Of a DNA stretch of 64,000 bases, positions 11,991-24,930 are shown one piece after another (positions within the stretch are counted from its first letter, which is position 1; each line of letters starts with the position of its first letter). Made by a program: the position numbers and the translations under genes. Origin of the DNA: Eledone cirrhosa (taxonomy: Eukaryota); assembly GCA_964016885.1 (NCBI GenBank), contig OZ024741.1, forward strand, positions 136,772,001 to 136,836,000, written 5' to 3'. The notes beneath the pieces are model-generated. The model saw nothing but the letters and a program-made list of their open reading frames with translations. It was not told where the DNA came from and made no database searches.

Positions 11991-14900
11991 TCAGGATTTG
12001 GGCACCATGGCCCATTCGAGAAGAGAATTACTGTTTGCGGAGACATATCCGGGTGTGGGTGGTTTGTCCGGGATTACTTGGAGGAATTTGTCCAAAGACT
12101 TCTTGAATTTTGTGTGGTCAGTTTCTGTTTTGACGTGTCCTGGTGTGATGTTGAAGAGAGCAGGGCCAATTGAGGTGAAATAATTGTGCCGTATTGTTGT
12201 TATGATTTGCGATTTAGATTTTTGTTTGGGACGGATAGCAAGGGGCCCAAGCCTTGGGTGTATTTTGAAGGTGATGCCAACATCATTTGGGCAGTGCTGA
12301 TGAAACATTTTACACATCATGCAGATAATATAACGCTCACGGCGACGTTGGAGTGAGTAAAGTTTCAGCTTTTCCAGTCGACCCCAGTAGTCAAGGTCTG
12401 ACATGCCATCTATCTTTTTCGTGATTGCCCTTTGGGGAGCTTCAAGTTTCATGATACTTTGTTTCGTGTGGGGAGACCACAGTGGACAACAGTATTCAAG
12501 GTGTGGTCGGGCAAAAGTGGAGAAGAGAAGGATAATGGTGTGGGAATCTCTCGACTGGAAGGTTCTGATGATCCAGGAACACATTCTGCGGGCCATGTCA
12601 ACTTTTCTGCTTACATGCGTGGCCCAGCTTATGTTGCTGTCCACGGTTACTCCCAAGTCTCTGATGTTGTTAGATGCCGCGAGAGTTTCACCGGAGGGAA
12701 GGGAGTACGGGAGTTTCAGAGCATCCTCTTTTCCAAAGTGGATCAGTTCGAATTTGTCTTCGTTCAGTAACATGTTGTTATTTTCCGCCCATTGGGTAAC
12801 AGCCAGTAGGTCTGACTGAAGGCTTATCCGGTCATCCGCGCCATTGATGACCTTTTGGAGCTTGGAATCATCAGCGAAAATTCTAATGTTGCTGTGTTTG
12901 ATGATGTCAGTGATGTCATTAATATAGATGATGAAGAGAAGTGGGCCCAACACAGTGCCTTGTGGGACCCCACTACTAACTTTGGTTGGGCTGGATTTGA
13001 CTCCTTCGACTACAACATGTTGGGTTCTGTTTGACAGGAAGCACTTGATCCACTGCAGCAGCTTTCCAGTGACACCAATATTGGACAGCTTTCTCAGTAG
13101 AATGTTGTGATCAACCCTGTGAAAGGCCTTGCTGAAATCAAGGTAGATAACATCAGTGTTGGAACCCTCTCCCAAGGCTCGCAAAATGTCATCAAAGTGA
13201 TGCAGTAGCTGCGTCAGGCAATCCCTTCCATTACGGAATCCATGCTGTTTGGAGTTCAGCATATTGTTACTCTCAAGGAAATGAGTCATTCGCGATCTCA
13301 CCACTCTCTCAAATACCTTAATGATATGAGAGGTGAGTGAGATTGGACGGTAATTCACGGCAAGGGATTTGTTTCCTTTTTTGAAAACTGGGACAACAGA
13401 CTGGGATAGAAGGTTTTCTGGCACATATCCAGCATCCAGTGAGTTCCGCCACAGATTGGCAAGAGGAGATGCAAGTTGGTGTTGACACGCCTTCAAGACA
13501 CAAGCAGGGAACCTATCGGGACCTACTGCTGAATTATGCTTGATTTCCTTTATTGCCGCTAAGACATCAGTGGCGCCAAACGTTATGTCCGATAAGGTGT
13601 AATGGGGAGTAACATCGCCGATACAGCCCAGATCGGCCATATCAGGATTGCTGAAAACAGAGCAGTATTGTTTCTGCAGTATCTCACCCATGGTTTTAGC
13701 ATTGTCTTGAAGAGTGCCATTTTCATCAATTAGAAGGCCAACAGTAGAGCCAGTGATTTTGTGTTTTTTTGAAAAGAACACTTTGATCTTCTCAATGGCC
13801 CAGGCCTCTTCAGCTCTTCTCTGATTATTGATGATAGACATTATATTGTTTTGGAGGTTATGTTTTTTAATCTCTAGTGATGAAATGGCAGTCAAGTTGA
13901 TGTGTTGCTGCTGACAGTATTTCAGCTTGTTTATTTTTTTGTTAGTTCTCTTAATTTTCCTGATGAGCGTTTTTCTATTTCTAGGGATTCTGCTCTTAGA
14001 TTTGTTTATAGTTCTTAATGGGGTGTGTTTTGCACATATGTTTGTAACAGTGTCCACAAATGTCTGCCAGGACTTTTTGATGTTAGTGGGTGTGTGAGTG
14101 TGCGTGAAGGACCAGTCGACATGTGTAAGATCATGACTGATCGCTTCCCAGTTTGCATTGTGGAAATCCATAGCGTCAAACGGATGAACAGGATAGATGA
14201 CATTGGGTTTGTATATTTGACGGTGGAATCTCAGATCACAGAGAACCATGTCATGATCAGAGAGTAGAGTTTTCTCTACTGCGATATTGTGGATAGTGTC
14301 AGTGTGATTGCTGAAAATTAAGTCTTGGACGTTTTTGTGGCACCTCGTTGGTTCGAACACCAGTTTGGGACAGGAAGAAATCATCCATGAAGTCAAGAAG
14401 CGATTCCACTGCTTCCCTGTCAGAGGTTGAGGCAGAAGAACTTGGTGGCAGGCTGTTTGTGGACCAGTCAACTCCAGGGAGGTTGAAGTCCCCCATCATT
14501 AAGATGTTGTCAGGGTGACACTCTTGGATGAAACACTTTATGCTGTTGAGGCATTCCTTGAAGCATGGTAGAGGCGTTTGGGGTGGCCTATAGAGCCCAA
14601 CTACTATTAGGTTGTTGGTTTGACTGAATACAGTGACTGCTTCGCAGTATCCATTAGAAAATATGTTCATAGCCTCTGTTGAGAAAGAATTATGGACATA
14701 AATGGTAGTCCCACCCTTTCTTCTGCCAGTGTGATCAGCACGGATGGCTTTGAAACTTTTCACTTTCACCTCGGCTTCCAAGTGGAGGTTACTGAGATGG
14801 GTTTCAGTGAAGACGAAGAAAGGGATGTGGTTTGGATGGACATCAACCCAGTCCTCCAGGAATTTGATCTTCCATTTTTGAGTATTGGTGGAAGGGCTGA

Positions 14901-14994
14901 TGCCTTGGGCGTTAAGCAAAAATGTTGAGGCGAGAGTGGATGGTTTTAATTGTTTTGGTGTGTTGTTAATTTGTTTGTTTGTTAATCGCAGCAA
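11991..14994 (-). pseudogene. LINE ORF2: AP endonuclease + reverse transcriptase, with one +1 frameshift near 14365
   Basis: EN: NAQG, TETHL, YRPP, MGDFNLP, SDHD. RT: AVGPD, VPVFKKG, NYRPISLTS, QHGFR, YLDFSKAF, GVPQGTVLGP, FADD, LEYCCPLWSP, SLQRRRER. Confidence 0.92.
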
Positions 14995-16035
14995 TGGGAG
15001 TTTGTGCAGTGGGGTGATAGTGGAGGGTGGTGCTGGGTGATAGCTCGAATGTTTTTTTCCAGTTCTTTTGCCAGATTCATTATGGCTAAAAAAGAGGAAG
15101 AAGTTTCCTGTTTAGGGGACTGTTGGTGACTGTGGTAGTGGTTATTTTTATGTAGGTTATGGTTTTTGTTTTTGCTTTTATTTTTATTTTTATTTTCATT
15201 TGTCCGACGAGTCCCCAGGAGATGGGTAAAGGGACAATCCCGGTGTAAACACAATCTGTCTCGCTGGGAAAAGCGGCAGATTTGTGGATTCCTTGTTTGA
15301 GCTATTGGTGGTTGTGTTGGTGTTAAATTAGAGTATGTATTATGGTGGTGGATGTTGTTTGTGGGGATAGACCGTTTTGTCCTAGGTAAATGGGTGAATT
15401 TGTAGCCACTATCCGTACATATTCTATAGCGTAGAGAGTAGCGGCAAATGATGGGGTTTCGAGTGTGTGTGTGTGTGTGTGTGTGTGTTGTGAGAGGTGT
15501 AGCTGATAGTTTGAGTACGTTTTGATGACCTTTTTGGGCTGTGGGAGGGAGAATTCTTGTACTGGTATTAGGAGGTAAATTCCTTGAGATAGCAGTAGGC
15601 AAAGATGTAGTAGTAGTAGGCAGAGGAGATGTTGGCAGTGGTGATGATTGGACTGCTAAGGCAGAGAAAGTAGGAGGCGTTTCCTGCTGTGAGACAGTGG
15701 CTACTGGGAGGTCTATAGTTTCATTTAGTAGATCAGCCATTGTTGATGAATCAAGGAGTGGTTTACATTGTTGTTGTTGTTGTCGTTGTTGTTGTTGCTG
15801 TTGTTGTTGTTGTTGTTGCTGCTGCTGTGGCTGTTGTTGTTGTTGCTGTTGTTGTTGTAGCTGTTGTTGTTGTAGCCGTTGTTGCTGCTGTTGTTGTTGT
15901 TGCTGCTGTTGCTGCTGCTGGATAGCGTACGAAGAAAAAACACTGTAGTTTATCCAAATGTTTATTGATTAATTTAAAAGCAACTTCGATTTGCTTTAAT
16001 TTATTTTGAATCTGTTGTTCAGATCGGGTTTTCAA
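14982..16035 (-). pseudogene. LINE ORF1 with two CCCH-type zinc-finger motifs, disrupted by microsatellite expansion
   Basis: CRFSQRDRLCLHRDCPFTH (C-x8-C-x4-C-x3-H) plus a degenerate CRYSLRYRICTDSGYKFTH. Lies directly upstream of ORF2. Confidence 0.6.
15768..15920. repeat. (TTG/CTG)n trinucleotide repeat inside LINE ORF1
   Basis: Directly visible. Confidence 0.95.
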
Positions 16036-16164
16036 AAGGTGAACTGTAGGTTTAGCAATTTCGTTCAGACATGAAGCATCTATGTCTTCTGTTTGGGTAA
16101 GGCAATGTCATGTGTTTATTAGAATGTCGATTTCATTATCAGACCACATCTATATATATATATG

Positions 16165-16264
<100 letters not shown>

Positions 16265-16281
16265 CATATATATATATATAT

Positions 16282-16313
<32 letters not shown>

Positions 16314-16584
16314 GTAAACCTTACTTACTGTGGTTACCTCCGATTCAACCCGGAATAACGTACGTATATGTAAATATATATATATATATATATATATGTA
16401 GATAAATCTACCAAAAAGTACGGTAGTGTCCAATCCGTATGAAGAACTCAATGTAATCCGAATATCATGAAAAGAAAAGATGTATTCAAAAAATTTTTTA
16501 GGTGAAAATTAACGGAAAACAGAGTCAAGATAAATTAATAAAATAATGAATAAACAAAGAAACAGTTCCTCATATTAAAAAATT

Positions 16585-16720
16585 CATCATTTTACGATCG
16601 TTTCTCGGATATATATGTTAGTGTTGGTATGCATATCCTATAGATCTATGTAAAATGTTTACAAACTATCAGAGGGAGTATACATACCTACACATATATA
16701 TGCTGTCTTCAGAAATAATG
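16585..16720 (-). ncRNA. Type I hammerhead-like motif with long stem II (mirror at 17464-17598, + strand)
   Basis: CATTATTT-CTGAAGA-[~100 nt containing ATATATATGT/ACATATATAT]-GAAA-CGATCG-TA-AAATGATG. Confidence 0.6.
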
Positions 16721-17277
16721 ATATTTGTTTATTGAAAAAACCAACAAAGATTTAATACAATAGGTCTGTTTGGGAACAGGTTTTGAATTGACCAATAGAA
16801 AGATAGTGAATGTCAAGATAGTAATATAGTAGTAAAAGAACCTTAATTTATGGGTAGAGGAAGGTAGATTTCAGTTTTGGATGGAAAGAATATTATGAAT
16901 GAAAGATTATTTTAGGGATGAAAATAGGTCATATGCTGACCTCAGAAATAATTATATTTGTTCATTTAATAAAACCAACAAAGATTTATATTAAATATTT
17001 GTTGGTTTTATTCAATGAACAAATATAATTATTTCTGAGGTCAGCATATGACCTATTCTCATCCCTAAAATAATCTTTCATTCATAATATTCTTTCCATC
17101 CACAACTGAAATCTACCTTCCTCTACCCATAAATTAAGGTTCTTTTACTACTATATTACTATCTTGACCTTCACTATCTTTCTATTGGTCAATTCGAAAC
17201 CTGTTCCCAAACAGACCTATTGTATTAAATCTTTGTTGGTTTTTTCAATAAACAAATATCATTATTTCTGAAGACAG

Positions 17278-17463
17278 GGCGGTGAATTGGCAGTATCGGT
17301 AGAGGGTTGGATGCCATGCTTTGATGCATAGAGTTACGGCCCTTGCCATTCTGAGTTCAAATCCCGCAGAGGTTAACTTTGCCTTTCATCCTTACGGGGT
17401 CGATAAAATAAAGTACCAGTAATGCACTGGGTAATTGCTGGCCTTGTGCCAAAAGTAGAAACA
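17278..17463 (+). mobile_element. tRNA-derived SINE with 17-bp TSD
   Basis: A box (TGGCAGTATCGG), B box (GAGTTCAAATCC), AGTAGAAACA(ATT) tail. TSD ATTATTTCTGAAGACAG at 17261-17277 and 17464-17480. Confidence 0.92.
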
Positions 17464-17696
17464 ATTATTTCTGAAGACAGCATATATATGTGTAGGTATG
17501 TATACTCCCTCTGATAGTTTGTAAAAATTTTACATAGATCTATAGGATATGCATACCAACACTAACATATATATCCGAGAAACGATCGTAAAATGATGAA
17601 TTTTTTAATATAAGGAACTGTTTCTTTGTTTATTCATTATTTTATTAATTTATATATATATATATATATTTACATATTTATATATATATGTAATTA

Positions 17697-17844
<148 letters not shown>

Positions 17845-18393
17845 CATATATATATATATGTAATTATATATATATATGTAAATATTACATATATATGTAA
17901 TTATATATATATATGTAAATATATATATATACAATACAATAAGGTTTATAGTATGTTGAAGGTTTTTGATATTTTGGTGTTTCCCCGCATACGAGACTGT
18001 ATATCATACAGATGTATGAGAATAAATGACTTAATAATTCAGCCTTTATTATAAGATCGATTGCCTGCTTCAACTGCCTGACCCTGCAAATATCATTCTG
18101 ACGCACTCTAATCATGTATAGATAAGACAAGCGTGCATGCTACACGGGAGATTGCTTCATGCACTGACTACTCTAAGCTTTCCTCTTGCTTTATCTTCAT
18201 AGACTGCCAACGCTTCATGTTTATCTTTATTTTCACTCTTGCTTTTATTTTATTTTATTTTTATCATGTAACACTTTATATGTAAATTGCCATGCTGTTT
18301 CATTTGATGAATGTCACCCCACTGTTGATCAATATGCGCATATGTTTTATGTGTCTCTTGGGTTGAAAAGGAGGTCAAGTATGTTATAAATAG

Positions 18394-18442
18394 TTGCTCC
18401 GAAGAATCCAAACCTCGGTTTGGAGGAAACAATTGTAAGCAA
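18394..18442 (+). ncRNA. Type I hammerhead-like motif, variant core CCGAAGA
   Basis: TTGCT-CCGAAGA-ATCCAAACC(tc)GGTTTGGAG-GAAA-CAATTG-TA-AGCAA. Perfect stem I and palindromic stem III. Confidence 0.7.
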
Positions 18443-18660
18443 ATAAATGACTTAAACTGAACTTTGATTACTGTAATCTATATATATATATATATATATA
18501 TATGTAATTATATATATATATATATATATTTACATATATATATATATATAGATGTGGTCTGATAATGAAATCGACATTCTAATAAACACATGACATTGCC
18601 TTACCCAAACAGAAGACATAGATGCTTCATGTCTGAACGAAATTGCTAAACCTACAGTTC

Positions 18661-18722
<62 letters not shown>

Positions 18723-18739
18723 GAACTGTAGGTTTAGCA

Positions 18740-18771
<32 letters not shown>

Positions 18772-18773
<2 letters not shown>

Positions 18774-19185
18774 AAGGCGGGTAAAATTCCCGAGATCCAT
18801 GGACGAGTTCTCTCCAGCGGTCTCTGTCCCTCATTATCGCTGCCATGTCCTGCGTCTCCAACAGACCAGTTTCTGTCCTTAGGGCATCAACATACGTTAA
18901 CCTTGGTCTTCCTCTTCTAGTGTGTCCATGTAGGGGCTCCCAAAGGAGCACTGAGTGCAATGTCAACTCTGGATGTCGGTGAGCATGTCCAGCTAACCTC
19001 AGTCTCCTCTGTGTCACTTTTGAGCTGACTTTTGGGATGCTCCCATACAGCTCTGAGTTTTTCATCCTCAGTGTATACTGATTAATGTTCAGAGCCATCC
19101 TCAGCATTCTCGTGTAGCACCCATCCACCATCTGAGTGAGTTTCTTGGTCAGTGTCCAAGTCTCAGACCCATACAGCAGCACAGA
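18772..19185 (-). pseudogene. RTE-clade LINE ORF C-terminal fragment
   Basis: LLYGSETWTL, RMLRMAL, RRLRLAGH, RGRPRLTY, DRDRWR. Confidence 0.88.
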
Positions 19186-19210
19186 CTATATATATATATA
19201 TATATATACA

Positions 19211-19270
<60 letters not shown>

Positions 19271-19469
19271 CTATTACTATTATGACACACTCACCCTGAT
19301 AACGACACACCTATATAGATGTTTTCTTCTAAATTTATGACTTTTTATATAGTTTGAGCTTTCCGAAGATTCAAATGTATTGGTGTTTAATATATGTAGG
19401 TATATTTCCATTCAATTTAATTTTTTTACATTTACAAATAAAATATAATTTTTCCTACATATTTGGTTG

Positions 19470-19830
19470 TATGAGTTCAAATCCCGCCGAGGTTAACCTT
19501 GCATTTCATCCTTATGGGGTCGATAAAATAAAGTACCAGTAATACACTGCAATAATTGCTGGCTTTGTGCCAAAAGTAGAAACAATTATTATTTATTGTG
19601 GTTAATAAAGAAAGCATTGTTATTTATTAAACACAGCTAAATGGGTGGTGGATTGGCAGTATCGGCAGATCGTCGGACACCATGATTTGCAGCATAGAGT
19701 TACATCTCTTTACGTTCAAATACCACTTTCGGGGTCGATAAAATAAAGTACCAGTAACGCACTGGTGTCGATTTAATCGACCCCACCTTTAAATTGCTCT
19801 CCTTGTGTCTAAAGTAGAAACAATATTATT
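19470..19830 (+). mobile_element. Two tandem SINE copies (5'-truncated 19470-19590; 19642-19830)
   Basis: Same GGGGTCGATAAAATAAAGTACCAGT...AGTAGAAACAAT body as 17278-17463. Confidence 0.85.
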
Positions 19831-20005
19831 TATTAAACATGCTCTGTGATTTTATATTCGTATACATTTCGGATGTTTTCCCCTATGGAGTACAGTTGTA
19901 TAATTTTTTCTTAATATTTGAGGATCGTACACACGCAATGCGGTTTAATTCATCGTGGTACTTCCCCACAAGGTTGATTTCTCAATTTCTCAATCTTATA
20001 TATAT

Positions 20006-20039
<34 letters not shown>

Positions 20040-20070
20040 GTAAATATATATATATATATATATACATATG

Positions 20071-20126
<56 letters not shown>

Positions 20127-20148
20127 CATATGTGTGTATATATATATG

Positions 20149-20210
<62 letters not shown>

Positions 20211-20249
20211 TATGTATACGTACATACATATATGTATACAGACGTACAT

Positions 20250-20483
20250 ACTCTGTGCGTGTTATTAATACATCCAGGAATGCTAGCTGATTGTGTTTTT
20301 CTTTTTCCATTGTGAACTGTATGGATGGCTTTATTGAATTCATATGATCTAGTAGTACCTTGACCTCTTCCTGGTGGGGCCAGAGTATGAAGGTGTCATC
20401 AACATATCTAAGCCATAGGGTTGGTTTTGGTGGTGTTGATTCTAAAGCTAAATTCTCAAAGTATTCCATGTATATATTGGCTA
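20250..20483 (-). pseudogene. Penelope/Poseidon-type RT fragment
   Basis: [31 protein letters not shown]. Confidence 0.88.
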
Positions 20484-20535
20484 TTATTCAATTCAAGGCG
20501 GTGACCGGAACAAAGTTTAATAATAACATCACTAG

Positions 20536-20581
20536 GACACCTGATGAAGGCTGGAGGGTACATCAGTCGAAACGTTGTGTC
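20536..20581 (+). ncRNA. Minimal type I hammerhead ribozyme (inverted pseudo-LTR next to the Poseidon-type fragment)
   Basis: GACAC-CTGATGA-AGGCTG..CAGTC-GAAA-CG-TT-GTGTC. Canonical core, perfect stem I. Confidence 0.8.
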
Positions 20582-20656
20582 AACAACAAAACAAGATGAG
20601 GACACCGTCCAATGTATATAATGTAAATAATTCCTCGTCTCAAAAATATATAACAG

Positions 20657-20746
<90 letters not shown>

Positions 20747-20835
20747 AGGGGAGGGTTATATATATAGATCTCGAGTAATATCTGGGAAGGGGGGGATTAA
20801 AAAGGTACTTAATACATTAGTAGAGTGTAAGAATC

Positions 20836-20970
20836 CATTCTGAGTTCAAATCACGCCGAGGTTAACTATGCCTTTCATCCCTACGGGGTCAATAAAATAA
20901 AGTACCAGTAATGCACTGGGTAATTGCTGGTAATTTCTGGTCTTGTTCCAAAAATAGAGACAATTATTTA
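20836..20970 (+). mobile_element. 5'-truncated SINE
   Basis: B box and body match 17278-17463. Confidence 0.8.
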
Positions 20971-21269
20971 ATATAGAAATGACTTCTGCAGGACTAGAAC
21001 TGTTTAATTCGTATGAAATGGTCAGTGATTGACATTTATAAGTTTCTTAGCAGTTGAGGCCCCCAACTCCTACCTCACCCATTTCCCTCCTCTCCCACTC
21101 CCCTCTAATTCACTTCTAGATTTGACTCCTTTAGATAGTAGTTGAGGGTGGTGGTGCTGGGGGCCTAAGAAACTTATAGGTATTAATTACTGACCATTTC
21201 GTCTGATATTCCTGATGATTTCATACGAATGAAACAGTTCTAGTCTTGTAAAAGTCATTTCTATATTAA
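20968..21269. repeat. Imperfect inverted repeat (~110-bp arms) with a degenerate HHR core (CTGATGA 21212-21218) in the right arm
   Basis: AATATAGAAATGACTT..CTAGAACTGTTT versus AAACAGTTCTAG..AAGTCATTTCTATATT. Confidence 0.7.
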
Positions 21270-21839
21270 CTAATGAAGATATATATATGTGTGTGTATAC
21301 AGAGCGAGAAAAAGACAGAGGAATTAGCAGATTTCATAGAACGTTCAGGTCAACTTTGCACTTCATTTCGGAGTTGATTGACAGAATTGCTAAGGTGTCA
21401 GGCGTTATGCTTTGTAGTATCTCCTTCAGTCCTTTCCACACTGGTGCCAAGCTGTTTCGGTCTTTACCCTTCATTTCCAAATGAATGATTCCTTAATTAA
21501 TTAATTGATTCCGAAATTAAATTGATTTTCATTAATTACGTTTATTATATTTTTTCTCAAGGTGTCATGGTAGAAATGGAAAGTAGAGGCGGTTGATCTT
21601 ATTTCGTTTCTTATCCTTTTTATGTATGGAAATTACTTTAGCTCCTTTACATATAACAAAGGGAATGTTTCTACTTGAAGAACCAAATTAATTATATTTA
21701 GCGGTTTAATTAGAAATAAATCTTTGGGTATATATTCAATCCAAGTGGATTGATTTATTAAACTTAACTGATTTATTGCTCATGCTCCTTAATTTTAAAC
21801 TGTTACAGTAAAGTTACAGATTCTTTTTAAATTCATAAA

Positions 21840-22005
21840 GGTGCAGTCATGACCGTGTAGATAAGAAACCCGCTTCACAATCATATGATCTGAGATCAGT
21901 CACGCTGCATGACACATTGGACAAATGTCTATTACTATAGTCTCATGCCAACCAATGCCCTGTGAATGGAATTTGACAAAAACTGCGAAAGCTTGTCAGA
22001 CACCC
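21840..22005 (+). mobile_element. Decayed tRNA-derived SINE, second family
   Basis: GGTGCAGTCATGACCGTGTAGATAAG head and CACATTGGACAAATGTC..CTATAG body resemble a common octopus SINE (recognition only). Confidence 0.55.
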
Positions 22006-22020
22006 ACCATATATATATAT

Positions 22021-22230
22021 ATAACGAAGGAGTTATGGTAAGGAACCAGGTGGACCATAACGCACCAGAGTACTCAATACTTAGGGTAGTAGAGTGGGTA
22101 ATAGGAAAATGTATGACCCCGACGGCAGAGCTCAAGCCGTTTCGACAGTTATTTCTGGACTAAATGGAATTTAGTTCAGAAATAGCCGTCGAAACGGCTT
22201 GAGCTCTACCGTCGGGGTCATACATTTTCC

Positions 22231-22233
<3 letters not shown>
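22021..22233. mobile_element. PLE-type terminus folded into a 133-bp near-perfect hairpin (22101-22233) centred on HHR stem II
   Basis: Right arm reads GAAA-CGGCTTGAGCTCTACCG-TC-GGGGTC. Family members at 39212-39320, 40447-40555 and 63902-63958. Confidence 0.8.
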
Positions 22234-22264
<31 letters not shown>

Positions 22265-23752
22265 TACATATCTAAAGTCTAACTTAAGCCAGAAGGCTCA
22301 TTTGGCCGGTGCTTATCCCGGTTTCATGGCGTGAAGCGACTGAGAGTACAAGACCCCCGGACAGGACTCCAGTCCATCGCAGGTTCAGAGGTGAATACAT
22401 CCTTTACAATGCTAAACTTGGTCCTAGAAGAGTCAAAATTACTTTGATTCTGTTGCTTAGGCTTACGGTCACTCTTCTTTCTTTTCTTCTTTTCTTTTTA
22501 TTGTTTAATCTCGTGATATTTCCGCTGTAGAGATAAGTTAATTGTATCTGCCACACTAAATGTTTCACCTATTTCTCATATTTTATGTCTGGGACAAATA
22601 AATAATTAAGGCTCCTGAACACTTGATGGATTCATAGGGGGGTTAGTCATGAAAAACAACATGTCTTAGACATTTCAACCCTGGCGCAGCCCATCACTCA
22701 CCAGGTCGGAACACAGCTGAATCTTTTCTTGGGGAAGAAAAGAAGAAAGAGACAGTGAGAGGGAGAGAGAAAGAAGGGATGAAAAGAAAAAGAGAGAAGG
22801 AGAGAATGTGAAAAAGAGAAAGAGACACTGAGGAAAATCAACTACAGTAGAGGACTGGTACTTTATTTATCGACTTCGAAAAGATGACCTTAGTGAACTA
22901 CGATGATGGTGATCATAATGACGAGGATGATGAAGAAGCTGGTGATGATGATAGGGATGCGGTTGATGATAATAAATAAGAAAAGAAGGAGGGGAAAGAG
23001 GGGAAGGGGGTGGTGGGTCTGTATTTATTAGTATTCTATGGTTGTCTATGATATCAAAGAGCCTCCTAATTCATTTAAAATAAGGAAGCAAGTTCAACCT
23101 GTTTATTAAGCAAGTATCTTTCACAAAGATTATTTCTGTTTTGCTTTTCTCACAAGCACACGGCACACAACTTCTGTTATTCTGTTTAAACACTTCATCA
23201 ATCACTCACTTTCTTTAATTATTTTGTTCAATTATATTTCCGCCACAGATCTCCACCTAAGCAACCAATAGCCAACAACAATCTTCGAAATCTTTACAAT
23301 AAAATCACCCCTCTTTTTCACGCATCTAAAACGCTAGATTTTCATACATTATCAATTTATCTTCATGCTATAGCGTGCATGTCGTTTTGTTTTTCTGTTT
23401 AGTTTATGTGTGTGTTTTTCTCGCTGGAACAAATCATATTAAAATCAAACTATTTTTCTAAAGTTTAAATTCGGTTTTCTGGTCTTCTATGGTTTTATGT
23501 GTATGATATTCAATATTCCAACACACTTTCTTCTTGTCCTGTAGTGATTTGTCTTTGCCACCAACAAATTTAATTCTAATAGCCTTTCGAATACACACAG
23601 CTGATACTAGTAGTGAATTATCATGTAATATTATCATTCTAAAGTTTGTAGATTTTTTTACAATCGATCATTAAATTTGTACCGCAAGCATTACCATAAT
23701 CTTTCCTCTCGTCACATATATTGTGTCCAACTTCCTCCGACTGTGCACTTAC

Positions 23753-23892
23753 CAATACGCCTAGTCCTCCATCCCCAGACCATAAGCACCCTAGAATTTT
23801 CTCCCTGCACGTATATTTTCTATAGCAGTTGATCAACAGCATCAATCTCATCGGACTTGTAAAGGTCAAAGGCAAAGCCACTTCCACCCGAC
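23753..23892 (-). other. Candidate 140-bp internal exon of an unidentified host gene
   Basis: Minus strand: long pyrimidine tract (CTTTTT)4 GCTAG|G and donor TTG|GTAAGT. One open frame, RVEVALPLTFTSPMRLMLLINCYRKYTCREKILGCLWSGDGGLGVL. Lies in non-repetitive DNA. Confidence 0.5.
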
Positions 23893-24186
23893 CTAGCAAA
23901 AAGAAAAAGAAAAAGAAAAAGAAGGGATTTTCAAAATAACGTGCTCATGTGGGTCAAAATACCACTCCATGCCATATTCAGCATGTATCATCTATGACAT
24001 ACGCTTGTCGCCAGGAGCGAAATTTGGTAGACGGCAACTGTACAGGGGGCCTTTAGATAGACTGTACTTGTTCTTGGTGGTTAAACTGAATACATCTCCT
24101 GGTTTACCACAGCTACTACGTTGTGTTATTGAGCATGACGTAATTTCACGTTGAAATTTGGTAGACGAAGCCTGCAGATGTCCGTC

Positions 24187-24218
<32 letters not shown>

Positions 24219-24292
24219 GACGGGTAACTACAGCAGGTACAGTGAATTTTTTTTAATTTATTTTAAAACTTTTTCTTATTTGCTAAACCTTG

Positions 24293-24480
<188 letters not shown>

Positions 24481-24525
24481 CTATGTCAACCTCTATATAT
24501 ATCTTACAAATAAAGATTCTAGTTC

Positions 24526-24656
24526 ATTGTTTCTGAGGAAGAGGGTGTGATTGATCTATGATATCGAGACTATTAATACAGAGTTACATAACTACTATCG
24601 ATTAGTCGGTATATCGATTTATCATGATCAATCTACTGAAACGATCGTAAAACAAT
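24526..24656 (+). ncRNA. Type I hammerhead ribozyme with long stem II
   Basis: ATTGTTT-CTGAGGA-AG..GATTGATC..GATCAATC..CT-GAAA-CGATCG-TA-AAACAAT. Perfect 7-bp stem I. Confidence 0.75.
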
Positions 24657-24722
24657 TAATTGATTAAGCACTAAACTTGCTCTTTTGTTTTCATCGTTCA
24701 ACAAACCACACACACATACATA

Positions 24723-24930
<208 letters not shown>

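Larger units (their letters stand above)
11900..16036 (-). mobile_element. Near full-length non-LTR retrotransposon, CR1/L2 group
   Basis: ORF1 + APE-RT ORF2 + short 3' UTR ending in a TCAAAGTTA doublet next to (TA)n. Confidence 0.9.
16530..17652. repeat. Fold-back palindrome with ~460-bp arms and a ~3-nt loop at 16989-16991; right arm interrupted by a SINE
   Basis: 16530-16988 is the reverse complement of 16992-17277 plus 17481-17652, with few mismatches. Confidence 0.9.
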
